Below, one piece after another: positions 9,162 through 19,225 of a stretch of 32,000 nt of DNA. The first letter of the stretch is position 1, and each line of letters opens with the position of its first letter. The notes beneath the pieces are model-generated. The model made no database searches, was not told the DNA's origin, and saw only the letters and a list, made by a program, of their open reading frames with translations. The stretch comes from Candidatus Jordarchaeales archaeon (GTDB lineage: Archaea > Asgardarchaeota > Jordiarchaeia > Jordiarchaeales > Freyrarchaeaceae), in assembly GCA_038889235.1 (NCBI GenBank), contig JAWAHN010000002.1, forward strand, positions 74,356 to 106,355, in the 5' to 3' direction. Position numbers and translations under genes: made by a program.

Positions 9162-10346
9162 ATGTGGAAAATGAGTTCACCCGTCAGCATAAATTTTGAG
9201 CGAAGACTTGAAAAGATTAGAAGGAGGATGGAGGAGGAAGGCATTGACGTAATAGTTGGCACACGGCTCAGAACGCTGGGGTACGTTACTGGCGCCTTCA
9301 TCCCATGGAGAAGTGCGGTCATAATACCCCTCCAAGGTGAACCTGAAATTTTCACGATACTCCTAGACGTTGAAAGAGTTAGAGATGATAGCTGGATCAA
9401 AAACGTTAAACCCTGGGGGCCAGCTGAAGGAATGTACTTAGAACCACTAATCGCTGACTCGATTAAACGTTTGGGCTACGAAAAAGGCAGAATAGGTGTG
9501 GAGTACGGGCAGGAGTGGATTCTTGCATCGGGCCACATACTCGCCTCCGAGTACGACAACTTGAGGAAACTTCTTCCTGATGCCGAATTCAAAAACGCCA
9601 CGCCACTAATAGATGAGTTAACCCTTTACAAGGAACCGGAGGAAATTAAGCTCCTTAGAAGAGCGTCGGAAATAACAGACGTCGGTCAACAGGCGGTTAG
9701 AGACTCACTTGAGGTCGGAATGACTGAAACCGAAGTTGCCGGGATAGCGGAGTACGCTATGCGAAAGGCTGGCAGCGACTGGGCTTGGACGTTAACAGGA
9801 GGGCAGGAAATAGCATCAGGGTATCGAACAGCGTACGCCCTTGGAGGGTGCACCCCTGCAACAGATAAGATAATACAGCCGGGGGACAACGTGCTCGTCG
9901 ACCTTCACGCAATGTACCGCCTCTACTACGGAGACCTATCCCACAACTACATCATGGGCCGTCCATCAGAGGAACAGAGAAAACTGTCTGACGCATTTGT
10001 AGACATATCGTACACTGTAATAGATGAAATGCAGCCCGGTGTGAAAATAGGGGAGATTGCTAGGAAAGCCATTAGAGTCGCGGAAAAGCACGGCTATGCC
10101 AACAACGTCCTTTTCGGTTTTGGTCATGGAATAGGGGGCATAGGAAACGAGTCATACCCTCTAATATTAGACATGGCACCTTGGAAAGATATGGTGCTCG
10201 AACCTGGCATGGTCGAGGTAGCGGCCGTGGTTCTAAATAAGCCTGGGGTTGGAGGCATGAGGCTCGAAGCACCTGTATGGATTAAAGAAGACGGGAACGA
10301 GGTTCTTCCAAAGACACCGATAGAACCAGATATACTTGAAACGTGA
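9162..10346 (+). CDS. M24-family (Xaa-Pro peptidase/creatinase-like) hydrolase with one metal ligand altered
   Basis: Creatinase-type N-domain; pita-bread motifs KEPEEI, VDLH, GDLSHN, GHGIG, GGMRLE. Confidence 0.85.
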   Translation: MWKMSSPVSINFERRLEKIRRRMEEEGIDVIVGTRLRTLGYVTGAFIPWRSAVIIPLQGEPEIFTILLDVERVRDDSWIKNVKPWGPAEGMYLEPLIADSIKRLGYEKGRIGVEYGQEWILASGHILASEYDNLRKLLPDAEFKNATPLIDELTLYKEPEEIKLLRRASEITDVGQQAVRDSLEVGMTETEVAGIAEYAMRKAGSDWAWTLTGGQEIASGYRTAYALGGCTPATDKIIQPGDNVLVDLHAMYRLYYGDLSHNYIMGRPSEEQRKLSDAFVDISYTVIDEMQPGVKIGEIARKAIRVAEKHGYANNVLFGFGHGIGGIGNESYPLILDMAPWKDMVLEPGMVEVAAVVLNKPGVGGMRLEAPVWIKEDGNEVLPKTPIEPDILET

Positions 10347-10505
10347 ATAGTTACAGTTTAACCTTCTAATTTTTCATTTCTTATCGAGTGTGTTGCCTCC
10401 AAAGACTAAAACCCGTTTGCTAGAAAAACACGTTATTCATAAAAAAGTGAGGGCATTACTAGGGGCGGAGAAAAATAAAAAACCATTTTTTCTTAAATAC
10501 TTGGT

Positions 10506-10570
10506 GGGCTCTGATGAAGAAGCTCGGACTCTGAACTCCCTGATGAGCTCACGCAGGCCTTGAAGAGCCC
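10506..10570 (+). ncRNA. Box C/D guide sRNA (double guide)
   Basis: Terminal stem GGGCTC/GAGCCC; C box TGATGA 10512-10517; D' CTGA 10531-10534; C' TGATGA 10541-10546; variant D box TTGA 10560-10563; two 13-nt guides; T-run downstream. Confidence 0.85.
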
Positions 10571-10650
10571 CTTAAATTTTTGCATCACGCTGTTTTTCTG
10601 CCTAACTCCATGTGTGGCATACTGCTGTACACTGTTAGTGTAAAGCTAGG

Positions 10651-10977
10651 TCAGTAGTCCATTTCTTTTATCTTTTTGAGAACCCGCTGTTTGACTTTCG
10701 CTTTATCTAGTGATATTTCTTCTTCAAAAACAGCTTCTTCAATTTCTTCTTTGTGTTCCTTCTTGACAGTCAATCCGCACGTCAGGTCTTTTTGCAACTG
10801 TCCCTTAGCGCATATAGCGTACTTGCATGAAGGCCCTTGACATGGGTCCTCAGCCCATTGACACCAAATGACTTTCTTGTTTCCCGATTGAATTATCTTC
10901 ATACTCTTGTTGGCACATTTGAAGAGCTTACAGAATGGCGTACATTTCTTTGCATTCGACAAATTCATTAGCCCCAA
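10651..10977 (-). CDS. Small Cys-rich hypothetical protein (8 Cys, probable metal binding) with a charged tail
   Basis: CTPFCKLFKC...CQWAEDPCQGPSCKYAIC...TCG pattern; fits the strand of the upstream ubiX/moe operon. Confidence 0.7.
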   Translation of the reverse strand: MGLMNLSNAKKCTPFCKLFKCANKSMKIIQSGNKKVIWCQWAEDPCQGPSCKYAICAKGQLQKDLTCGLTVKKEHKEEIEEAVFEEEISLDKAKVKQRVLKKIKEMDY

Positions 10978-11058
10978 GGAAGCCCTCTTTCACAGGAAAA
11001 TCGGAAATAAGAAAATTAAAAAAATTTACGATCGACCCCCCCCACCTAAGAGAGACGA

Positions 11059-11634
11059 TCACTCTTCGCCCCCAGCTGCTTCGCCCTCCCATCTCCTGTA
11101 CAAGTTATGCGGTATTTTTAGGGCGTCAAGTATCTTGCCAACGATAAAGTTTGCTAGGTCATCAATGGTTTTTGGCTCATGGTAGAACGCCGGCATCGCT
11201 GGAAGGATTACCGCCCCAGCCACTTTAGTCCGCAACATGTTTTCTATGTGTACGAGGCTTAGTGGGGTTTCTCGAGGAACGAGTATCAAAGGCCTTCCCT
11301 CCGCGAGGGTGCAATCAGCAGCCCGTCTTATCAGCGTGTCCGCCTGCCCAGTGGCTATTGCTGCTAGCGTCGCCATGGAACAGGGAACGATCACCATAGC
11401 GTCAACCCGATACGAGCCGCTAGCTATAGGGGCAGTTAAGTCGTTGTTTTCAAAAACCCGCGTGGCTAGTTCGTAGAATTTTTTCTCGTTAAATCCGAGC
11501 TCAAATTTGATTACCTTCTTGGCTGCCTCTGAAACTACCAGAAACACTTCATCTCCTCTCTTCTTCAACTCCTCAAGAAGCTTGTAGGCGTATATGGCTC
11601 CGCTTGCTCCTGTAACTCCAACAATAATTCTCAC
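11059..11634 (-). CDS. ubiX: Flavin prenyltransferase UbiX
   Basis: GVTGASG, IASGS, PCSMATL, LIRRAAD, PRETPL, PAMPAFY. Confidence 0.95.
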   Translation of the reverse strand: MRIIVGVTGASGAIYAYKLLEELKKRGDEVFLVVSEAAKKVIKFELGFNEKKFYELATRVFENNDLTAPIASGSYRVDAMVIVPCSMATLAAIATGQADTLIRRAADCTLAEGRPLILVPRETPLSLVHIENMLRTKVAGAVILPAMPAFYHEPKTIDDLANFIVGKILDALKIPHNLYRRWEGEAAGGEE

Positions 11635-11653
11635 GTGAACTCCCCCGCAACTT

Positions 11654-12898
11654 TTAGGGCTCCCAAGTCTGTCTGAACAACTTTACAGTGACTTCTTCTC
11701 CCTTATCTATGAAACTTCTGCTCGCCCTTATCTCTAAGTAACCGTGCGTCGAAGACAAAGTGGTTATAGCCTCCGACCCGGTTGGCACAGGGTAAACCCT
11801 TAACTCGCCGCACTCTAATACAACTTTCACAGGCTTGAACTCAAGCTTCCCCTCTTCAGAAAAAATTCTAACGCCTGCCTTCGCCTTAACAACGACTTCT
11901 TTGCGCGGAGGCAGGCGAGACCACTTCCTAATGTACGGGTCAACTATGACGTAGTATGTTAGAAGGGCTGAGGTGGGGTAGCCGGGAAGCATAAAAATGG
12001 GCTTACCCTTACAAGCTGCTACGAGTGTGGGTTTTCCCGGCTTGATAGCCAGACCATGAATTATGAAGTCAAGGTCCTCTAATTCCATTAAGGCGGACGG
12101 AACAGTATCACCAGGTCCTTTTGACGTCCCACCTGAAAAAACAACAACATCGCACGCCGCCAGTGCTTCTTTTAAAGCTTTTAAAAGAACGTCTTTGTCA
12201 TCCCTCAAAATACCCATGTAGACAGGCTCTCCACCAGAATCCTTAACAGCATTAACCAGCGTGACCGAATTAACATCATATATCTTTCCTACCCTCAGCT
12301 CCCCTCCTGGAGCAACTAGTTCGTCCCCCGTGCTTGCAACAGCGACTTTCAGCCTCCCGTAAACCCGTACCTTGCTAACCCCAGTAGCAGCTATCGCACC
12401 GGCATCCTGCGGAGCTAGAACTCTCCCTCTCTCAACTATAAGCGTCCCCTTCTTTATGTCTCCTCCCTCCTCCACAACGTTCTCCCCAGGTGTCACAGCC
12501 CTGTAAACCTCAACGTCCCCTCCTCTTTCAACAGTGTATTCTACCATGACGACGGCATCCGCCCCTTCGGGCATCAAGGCTCCGGTAGCAACCTTCACGC
12601 ACTCCCCGCTGCTAACTCGAGGAGCCTGCTCGTCTCCAGCCTTAACCTCGCCTACAAGCTTCAATGTTACAGGCTTCTCTTCTCCAGCGCTAAAAGTGTC
12701 CTTCGCCACAACAGCGTATCCATCCCTAGCCGCCCTCCTAAAGTGGGGTACGTTGATTGGAGCTCTAAAGTCCTCGGCTAAAACCCTCCCCACAGCCTCC
12801 CAGACACTGACCTCTATGACAGGAGGAGCAACCTTTAGCTCGTCGAGTTTCGAGAAGACTTCCTCAAGCGTAGCTAGAGAATAAAACAGTTTCCTCAT
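11654..12898 (-). CDS. moeA: Molybdopterin molybdo/tungstotransferase MoeA (paralog 2)
   Basis: RAARDGYAV, ATGALMPEGADAVVMVE, STGDEL, SGGTSKG, IKPGKP, LPGYPTS. Confidence 0.94.
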   Translation of the reverse strand: MRKLFYSLATLEEVFSKLDELKVAPPVIEVSVWEAVGRVLAEDFRAPINVPHFRRAARDGYAVVAKDTFSAGEEKPVTLKLVGEVKAGDEQAPRVSSGECVKVATGALMPEGADAVVMVEYTVERGGDVEVYRAVTPGENVVEEGGDIKKGTLIVERGRVLAPQDAGAIAATGVSKVRVYGRLKVAVASTGDELVAPGGELRVGKIYDVNSVTLVNAVKDSGGEPVYMGILRDDKDVLLKALKEALAACDVVVFSGGTSKGPGDTVPSALMELEDLDFIIHGLAIKPGKPTLVAACKGKPIFMLPGYPTSALLTYYVIVDPYIRKWSRLPPRKEVVVKAKAGVRIFSEEGKLEFKPVKVVLECGELRVYPVPTGSEAITTLSSTHGYLEIRASRSFIDKGEEVTVKLFRQTWEP

Positions 12899-12910
12899 CT
12901 CTTAACCCTC

Positions 12911-14149
12911 CTAGAAAACGTGAGGGAACAGTTTAACCCTCACCTTCTCTCCCTCCTCTAACCCTTCAACGTCCTCGGGGATTTCGACCACACCGTCCGC
13001 CCTAGTCATGCTGCTCAGTACTCCTGAACCAGCAGTTCTCAACGGGACAGCCACAATCCCCCCCTCTCCCTCCTCAAGTTTAACTCTAAGAAAGTCCCGT
13101 CTACCAATAGTTGAGGGTACACGTCTGGCTAGGACAGCGTCGACGACAGGTCTTGGGTCAAGCACTCTTGCACCAAGCATTTTCCTAATTAGGGGGACCA
13201 CTACACTCTCGAAAGCCACCATGGCAGCTACTGGGAATCCTGGAAGGCAGACAACTGGTTTATCTCCCACGAGGAACACCGCGGTTGGTCCTCCCGGCCT
13301 TATAGTTAACCCGTGCGCTACGATTTTTCCCCCAATTTCCGCGACAACTTCAGGGACGTAGTCGTACTTTCCTACAGATGTCCCACCCGAAATCACCGTT
13401 ATGTCGTAGCTTAATGCCTTAGTTACGACGGCTTTTATTGCTTCCCGCTCGTCTGGCACAATTCCAAGATACACGGGTTCACCGCCGTAGATTTTAGTCA
13501 TAGCCGCTAACATGTGCTCATTTGACGCCACAACTTGCCCAACATCTGGCTCCTTGTCCGCATCGACGAGCTCGCTTCCCGTTGAGGCTATGGCGACCCT
13601 TGGCCTTGACGCAACGCTTACCTCTAAAACACCGCATTGAAGTAGTAAACCTATCTCCTGAGGGCGTATAGCACTGCCGTCTGCAACCACGACGTCCCCA
13701 GCTTTTACATCCTCACCTCTACGTGATACGTTTTGAAAAGGAGCTACAGGCTTGTAAACTTTAACATAGCCATCATCCAACGACGCGTATTCAAGCATTA
13801 CGACAGCGTTTGCTCCTCGAGGCATAGGGGCCCCCGTGGATATTTGAGCGGCTTCCCCTCGCCTAACCTCAATATCCGTTCTTCTTCCAACAACACACTC
13901 GCCAACCAGTCTTAGCCTTGCCGGATTTTCCTGGCTGCACTTGAATGTATCTTCAGCGACCACAGCGTACCCGTCCATCGCCGCCCTGTCAAAGTGTGGC
14001 ACGTCGCGCTTAGCTCTTATATCGCCATAAGCAATTCGACCTAAAGCCGAAGTAGTCGGAATTTTTTCCGGACGAGTTCTTGGAAGAACTGGAAGGACGC
14101 TTTCTAAAACTTCCTTCAAAGACTTCCTCTCATAAAACCCCTTCATTCT
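12911..14149 (-). CDS. moeA: Molybdopterin molybdo/tungstotransferase MoeA (paralog 1)
   Basis: DRAAMDGYAV, STGAPMPRGANAVVMLE, STGSEL, SGGTSVG, LPGFPVA. The start lies between 14161 and the ATG at about 14146; approximate. Confidence 0.93.
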   Translation of the reverse strand, partial: RMKGFYERKSLKEVLESVLPVLPRTRPEKIPTTSALGRIAYGDIRAKRDVPHFDRAAMDGYAVVAEDTFKCSQENPARLRLVGECVVGRRTDIEVRRGEAAQISTGAPMPRGANAVVMLEYASLDDGYVKVYKPVAPFQNVSRRGEDVKAGDVVVADGSAIRPQEIGLLLQCGVLEVSVASRPRVAIASTGSELVDADKEPDVGQVVASNEHMLAAMTKIYGGEPVYLGIVPDEREAIKAVVTKALSYDITVISGGTSVGKYDYVPEVVAEIGGKIVAHGLTIRPGGPTAVFLVGDKPVVCLPGFPVAAMVAFESVVVPLIRKMLGARVLDPRPVVDAVLARRVPSTIGRRDFLRVKLEEGEGGIVAVPLRTAGSGVLSSMTRADGVVEIPEDVEGLEEGEKVRVKLFPHVF

Positions 14150-14702
14150 CACGTCCGACACTCTGTCCCCCTCCTTCCTTTAAGTGAAAGACTATGTGCC
14201 CTATCTCTGGTAGGATGAGCCTGGTCAGAGCAACATAGACCGCGTGGGGGGAGCCTGGAAGACAGAAAACCGGTATTCCCCTATATATCCCAGCTTCAGC
14301 TCGTGTGAGCATCGCGGCGGAGCCTATCTCCTTGTAACTCTCCAACCTTAGAAGCTCTCCGAATCCTGGGATCTTCTTTTCAAAAACTTGGACAAGTGCC
14401 TCCAGTGTTACGTCCCTTCTCGAAAGACCGGTGCCACCAGAAGTTACAATAACGTCCGCTCCGCTTTCCGCGGCTCTTCTGACCGCATCTAGTATTTTTT
14501 CGGCCTCGTCGGGGACAACCTCCCTGAAAAAGAGCTTGTGCCCTTCCTTCTCAACAAGCTCCTTAAACAAGGGAGTGGTCTCGTCACTACTACTCTTTCC
14601 TTCCCTTTCCTCCCTATACCGCGTGTCGCTCACCACTATGAGAGCGAAGCGTAACGAAACCCTTCCCTTTCTGTGTTTGTGATGAGTTGGTTCAACCTTC
14701 AT
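14130..14702 (-). CDS. moaB: Molybdopterin adenylyltransferase MoaB/MogA family
   Basis: IVVSDTR, TSGGTGLSRRDVT, IPGFGELLR, AMLTRA, LPGSPHA. Confidence 0.94.
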   Translation of the reverse strand: MKVEPTHHKHRKGRVSLRFALIVVSDTRYREEREGKSSSDETTPLFKELVEKEGHKLFFREVVPDEAEKILDAVRRAAESGADVIVTSGGTGLSRRDVTLEALVQVFEKKIPGFGELLRLESYKEIGSAAMLTRAEAGIYRGIPVFCLPGSPHAVYVALTRLILPEIGHIVFHLKEGGGQSVGRENEGVL

Positions 14703-15138
14703 TTTCCTCCTCCTTGACTTTGCTGACCACCCTAATTTCCTCTATCACAGTTTCAGGGTACTGTCCACGTTCGTCCTTTTCATATTGCTTACACATGTCC
14801 CAAATTGTGAGCAGAGCTATGGAAACAGCTGTTAAAGCCTCCATCTCGACACCTGTCTTCCCAACGGACCTAACTACGGCCCTAACCTCGACGAAGAAAT
14901 CGCCCACCTCTACATTCACGTCCACGCTGGTTATAGAGATATTATGGCAGAGAGGTATAAGCTCCGGCGTCTTCTTGGCCGCTAGGATACCAGCTAGCTG
15001 AGCTACAGTCACAACATCTCCCTTCTCTATCTTTCCCTCCAGTATCCTCCTGATGGTGTCAGGTTTAAGCCTTATCCTTCCTCTCGCTTCAGCCAATCTC
15101 AAGACGTCCTGCTTTTTTCCTACATCTACCATTTTCAA
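14692..15138 (-). CDS. moaC: Cyclic pyranopterin monophosphate synthase MoaC
   Basis: MVDVGKK, KGDV, AAKKTPELIPLCH, KTGVEMEALT, IWDMCK. Confidence 0.96.
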   Translation of the reverse strand: MKMVDVGKKQDVLRLAEARGRIRLKPDTIRRILEGKIEKGDVVTVAQLAGILAAKKTPELIPLCHNISITSVDVNVEVGDFFVEVRAVVRSVGKTGVEMEALTAVSIALLTIWDMCKQYEKDERGQYPETVIEEIRVVSKVKEEENEG

Positions 15139-15225
15139 GAATCAACACCTCAGCTGAATGGAGAAACGGCAAGTTACATTTAAACTTAATTTCAAGCCAT
15201 CTATAAAGCAGAGCAGCTAAAGCCG

Positions 15226-16023
15226 GTGAGCTTCTTGTTTGTCTTCCAATTTGTAAGCCTGAGCAGCCACGCGGGAAAGACCGCTGTAATAGTGCAGCTG
15301 ATAAGGCTTTTCAAGGATAAAGGTTTGAGGGTCGGTGTTATCAAACACAGCCACAGCTACGACCTTGCCTTCGACTTGAAGAGCGCTGAGGATGCCAAAG
15401 ACACCGTGAGGTTCGTTGAGGCTGGCTCAGATGTAACCGTGGCGGTAACCGACAACGTAATGGTGGCGATCACGCATTCCGCAGGCCTTGAAAGAGCACT
15501 TGACACCATCCTAGGATTTGCAGACGTGGTTTTCGTGGAGGGGTTTAGGGGGGAAGAGCGTTACCCCCGGGTGGTTGTAGCGAAAGAGCTTGGCGACGTA
15601 GCCCCCCTCCTAACCAAGAACACCATAGCCATTACTGGAGGAGTAACAGTGTCACGTTACAGGGAGCTCGCAGCTCTATACCCCTCCATAGCAATAGCTA
15701 GAAGTGCTGAGGAGCTAGCTAGCGTGCTCCACTCTTATATCGTTGAGAAATTTGCAAAAATAGTTGGAGGGAAGAATTGTGGAGTTTGCGGCTACCGTAG
15801 CTGCGAGGAACTAGTAAGAGAACTAAAGCTCGGAAAAGCTAAACTGTCGGCGTGCCCTTGGGCATTTCCTAGAGTATCCGTACATTTGGACGGTAAGCCT
15901 TTACCGTTAAACCCGTTTGTTCAATCTATTATAGAGAAAACCGTAAGAGGGATGTTAAGCGCCCTTAAGGGGGTCGGGAAGCCGAGCAAAATAGAGATTT
16001 TCATAAGTTCTCCCCCCGAGTGA
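15226..16023 (+). CDS. mobB: MobB (molybdopterin-guanine dinucleotide biosynthesis) with a C-terminal Fe-S domain
   Basis: Degenerate Walker A (SHAGKT), VIKHSH, DTVRFVEAG, FVEGFR; CGVCGYRSC...CP cluster; LNPFVQSII tail. Confidence 0.85.
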   Translation: MSFLFVFQFVSLSSHAGKTAVIVQLIRLFKDKGLRVGVIKHSHSYDLAFDLKSAEDAKDTVRFVEAGSDVTVAVTDNVMVAITHSAGLERALDTILGFADVVFVEGFRGEERYPRVVVAKELGDVAPLLTKNTIAITGGVTVSRYRELAALYPSIAIARSAEELASVLHSYIVEKFAKIVGGKNCGVCGYRSCEELVRELKLGKAKLSACPWAFPRVSVHLDGKPLPLNPFVQSIIEKTVRGMLSALKGVGKPSKIEIFISSPPE

Positions 16024-16100
16024 AGACCACCCGCTTTTTCCATAGACGCTGTGTACGTTTTTCCAGGGGGCTTCCCGTTAAAGTTTCGGGGTGTCGTCCT

Positions 16101-16928
16101 TTGCGTTACGCTGTTAAGCTTGCTTACATAGGAACTAATTATTTTGGTTTTCAGCGTCAACCATCAAAAGTTACAGTTGAAAGCGTCCTTCTTGATGCCA
16201 TGTGCAAAGCCGGCTTATTTACTAACCCCAAGGAAGCCAGATATTGCTCTGCTGGGCGAACAGACAGAGGGGTTCACGCTTTGAGCCAAGTAGTGGCGTT
16301 CAACTCAGAGGAGGATCTTTCTTTACAAAGAATCAACGCGTTTCTTCCTGTGGACGTGCGCTGCTGGGCTTACGCCATGGTTCCTGAAAACTTTAACCCT
16401 CGAAGAGACGCCATACTGAGAACATACAGGTACTATGCTGCCTGGAGGGGGGAAGATCTGGGGCTCATGAGGGAAGCAGCCTCACTGCTAGTTGGAACAC
16501 ATAACTTCAAAAACTTCTGTAAGTGCCGTAAAGGCGAGTCAACTGTTAGGACGTTGAGCAGCGTCAACGTGGAGTTACGAGAAGGCGTCCTGTGCTTCAC
16601 TTTCTCAGCTAAAAGCTTCCTCTGGGGTATGGTTAGACGAATGGTTTCGGTCTTGCTCATGGTGGGCTCAGGGTTGAAGGACGTCGACTTCGTCGCTTCC
16701 CTACTTAACCCCGAATTTAAGCCGAGGGAGGGGGTTAAACCGGCAAACCCGGATGGGCTAATACTCTACGATATAAAATACCCGTTCGAGTTCACTGTCT
16801 GCGAGAAAAGCCGGATCTCCTTCATAAAATACCTAAGAGAAAGATTTTACACCACGATAACGCTTTCATCGGTCTACCGTGCGTTGATTGAGGGTGTTTC
16901 GCCCACTAGCCAGTCATGGCTCTCTTAA
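16101..16928 (+). CDS. truA: tRNA pseudouridine(38-40) synthase TruA
   Basis: YxGxxYFGFQRQP, AGRTDRGVHA (catalytic Asp), GTHNFKNF, FLWGMVRRMV. The TTG at 16101 follows a GGGGTG SD, so it is preferred over 16020. Confidence 0.94.
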   Translation: MRYAVKLAYIGTNYFGFQRQPSKVTVESVLLDAMCKAGLFTNPKEARYCSAGRTDRGVHALSQVVAFNSEEDLSLQRINAFLPVDVRCWAYAMVPENFNPRRDAILRTYRYYAAWRGEDLGLMREAASLLVGTHNFKNFCKCRKGESTVRTLSSVNVELREGVLCFTFSAKSFLWGMVRRMVSVLLMVGSGLKDVDFVASLLNPEFKPREGVKPANPDGLILYDIKYPFEFTVCEKSRISFIKYLRERFYTTITLSSVYRALIEGVSPTSQSWLS

Positions 16929-18174
16929 TTTTTTCGACAACTTCCCTTGAAACAATCCCCTCGAGCGCCTCGGGCTCTATACCCAGCCACTTGATTAGTC
17001 TTGCCCCTTTTTCTGGGTCTGACTCCAGGATGACCTTGAGGTAAGGTATGTACGATAGGATGGCTTCATTGGTCGAAATATGGCACTTCTTGCCTATTTT
17101 GCTCGCCAAATCTTCTAGCGCCCTCCTCTTGGTTTTAGCGGCGCTTAGCCCTTTAACCCAGCTTGGGAACTGGTACTTCGGCGCCCCCACCTTGCTTCCC
17201 TCCCTTGAAAGTGACACTCCAGCAGACATTAAAGTGAGCGCGTAGGACAACAAACCCCAATGTTGCCTATTCCTAATTCTGCCAAGGAACACGTCTGCCT
17301 TAGAAAGTGCGTCATATGCGTTTGCAAGCTCCCTCGGGGTCTGCATGTGTTGCCATGCGTTTTCGCATATCCACTGGATGAGCAGTTCATGGTCTACATC
17401 TGCCATTGACGCTGCCACACTAATTGCCTTCGCGCTTTTTCCGTAAAAAATGGCTTTAAGCGTGTCAAACACGCTTTTCTCTTGGTCTCTGGGGGAAAGT
17501 ATCTCCACGTCCTCTACACTTATCCTACGCTTCCCCTCAGCCACCGCCTGAAGGTCGTTGATGGCAGCCCTTAAGTCCCCCTTTGCGTTCTCGGCTATCT
17601 TTCTAAGTGCCACAGGGTCGGCTTCTATACCTTCTTTTTCACATATTCTGGCTAAGACGCTTGTTATCACGTTTGATCTAATCCTGTCATATTTCACAAG
17701 CTCGCAATATTCCCTTATCGGGGCGAGTTTAGGATCCCACGCGTCGTTGGCAATGAGAATGACCGGGTAAATTGTCTTTTTCAAGATCTCTAGTATTCCA
17801 CTTATTCCCCCTTTATCCTCGCTTCCACTTATCCCATCAACCTCATCTATCAGTATGATCCTTCTCTCCTTACTGACCAGGGATGAGAAAGAAGAAGCCA
17901 CCCCAACAGTCCTCTGGATGTCCTCCAAAGTTCTCTTGTCGCTTGCGTTAACCTCTATCAAGTCGTAGCCCAGCTCATTGGCGGCAGCGTAGACCGAGGC
18001 GGTTTTTCCAACGCCAGCTGGTCCCCATAGTAGGAGCGCTCTGGGGGTCTGATCAGCCCTCCAGTTTGCAATGAACTGAGCAACTCTTTCAGCTGCCCTT
18101 CTATTTTCAACTATCTCGCTCACTTTTTTCGGAGCATACTTCTCTACCCACAGCACCCTGGACACACTTTTCAC
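16906..18174 (-). CDS. rfcL: Replication factor C large subunit
   Basis: WVEKYAP, Walker [15 protein letters not shown], Walker [17 protein letters not shown]. Confidence 0.95.
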   Translation of the reverse strand: MKSVSRVLWVEKYAPKKVSEIVENRRAAERVAQFIANWRADQTPRALLLWGPAGVGKTASVYAAANELGYDLIEVNASDKRTLEDIQRTVGVASSFSSLVSKERRIILIDEVDGISGSEDKGGISGILEILKKTIYPVILIANDAWDPKLAPIREYCELVKYDRIRSNVITSVLARICEKEGIEADPVALRKIAENAKGDLRAAINDLQAVAEGKRRISVEDVEILSPRDQEKSVFDTLKAIFYGKSAKAISVAASMADVDHELLIQWICENAWQHMQTPRELANAYDALSKADVFLGRIRNRQHWGLLSYALTLMSAGVSLSREGSKVGAPKYQFPSWVKGLSAAKTKRRALEDLASKIGKKCHISTNEAILSYIPYLKVILESDPEKGARLIKWLGIEPEALEGIVSREVVEKIKRAMTG

Positions 18175-19160
18175 CCGCTAATCTGCGATCCTACGTATGC
18201 AAACTTCGCGAGAAGCGCACTAAGCTGTATCTCTTCGTCCGCCCCTTCGCTCATTCTAAAATCTATTTCTCCGACGGTATCTGCCAACTGAGCTTTCCAC
18301 TTCTCGGGTATGTCTAAGTTGAAGATTTCTCTGTGTATCTGTCTTACAATGTCTATGCCGGAAAGCCCATAGTTTATCAGTAGTTCGTGAAGCATCTTCC
18401 TCGCTCTGACGAAGTCTCCTTTAAGCGCTAACCCGAGCATTTCACGCACTTCTTCAGGCCTTGCTTTCCCGGTAACCATGAACACGGAATCAGCAGTGAC
18501 TGGACCACCTACCGCTGCAGCCGCCTGAAGCGTGTTAATAGCCCTCCTCAGATCTCCTTCGCATAGGTAGAGGATGGCCTCGAGCCCGCTCTCCTCTAGT
18601 TCAACCTTCTCCATTTCCGCTATGTAGAGTAAACGTTTTGCTATGTCCTCTCTCTTTAAGGGCGAAAACCTGAAGAGCGCACATCTAGACTGAATGGGTT
18701 CTATTATTTTGCTCGAGTAGTTTACCACAAGTATGAACCTACATGTCCTAGTGAACCTCTCCATTGTCCTCCGCAGAGCTTGTTGTGCTTCTTGAGTGAG
18801 CGCGTCAGCTTCATCCAGCACTAGTATTTTGAATGGTACGTCTCCAAGCGGCATTGTTCTGGCGAAGTCCTTAACGATGCCCCTGATTACGTCAATGCCT
18901 CTAGCGTCACTGGCGTTAAGCTCCAAGAAGTTTCCTTGGAAGTGTTCTCCAAAAAGGTCGTGGGCTAAGCAGAGAGCCGCCGTAGTCTTACCAGTCCCAG
19001 GCGGCCCGGAGAAGAGACAGTGCGGCATATCCTTCTTTTCGACGAACATCTTTAATCTTGAGACGATCTCAGCCTGGTTCACCATGTCATTAAGAGTGCG
19101 AGGACGATACTTTTCAGTCCACATGATTGCCTCTTCACTCGCCAACCCCCACACCTCCAA
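18171..19160 (-). CDS. rfcS: Replication factor C small subunit
   Basis: [29 protein letters not shown] motif; no intein. Exact start uncertain. Confidence 0.97.
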   Translation of the reverse strand: MEVWGLASEEAIMWTEKYRPRTLNDMVNQAEIVSRLKMFVEKKDMPHCLFSGPPGTGKTTAALCLAHDLFGEHFQGNFLELNASDARGIDVIRGIVKDFARTMPLGDVPFKILVLDEADALTQEAQQALRRTMERFTRTCRFILVVNYSSKIIEPIQSRCALFRFSPLKREDIAKRLLYIAEMEKVELEESGLEAILYLCEGDLRRAINTLQAAAAVGGPVTADSVFMVTGKARPEEVREMLGLALKGDFVRARKMLHELLINYGLSGIDIVRQIHREIFNLDIPEKWKAQLADTVGEIDFRMSEGADEEIQLSALLAKFAYVGSQISG

Positions 19161-19225
19161 GATAGCATCAGCACAAGCACCAGTTACTGATTAATAATGG
19201 TGAATAATTAAAGAAAAAATGTTTC

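Noticed and set aside
10547-10559. D guide of the first sRNA matching 16S GAGCCUGCGG
   Set aside because: Only 7 contiguous pairs by my recollection of the 16S sequence; too short to assign.
11654-16023. Tandem moeA paralogs and the MobB Fe-S fusion as novelties
   Set aside because: Both arrangements are common in archaea.
16906-16928. Convergent 23-nt overlap of truA and rfcL
   Set aside because: Short tail-to-tail overlaps are ordinary in compact archaeal genomes.
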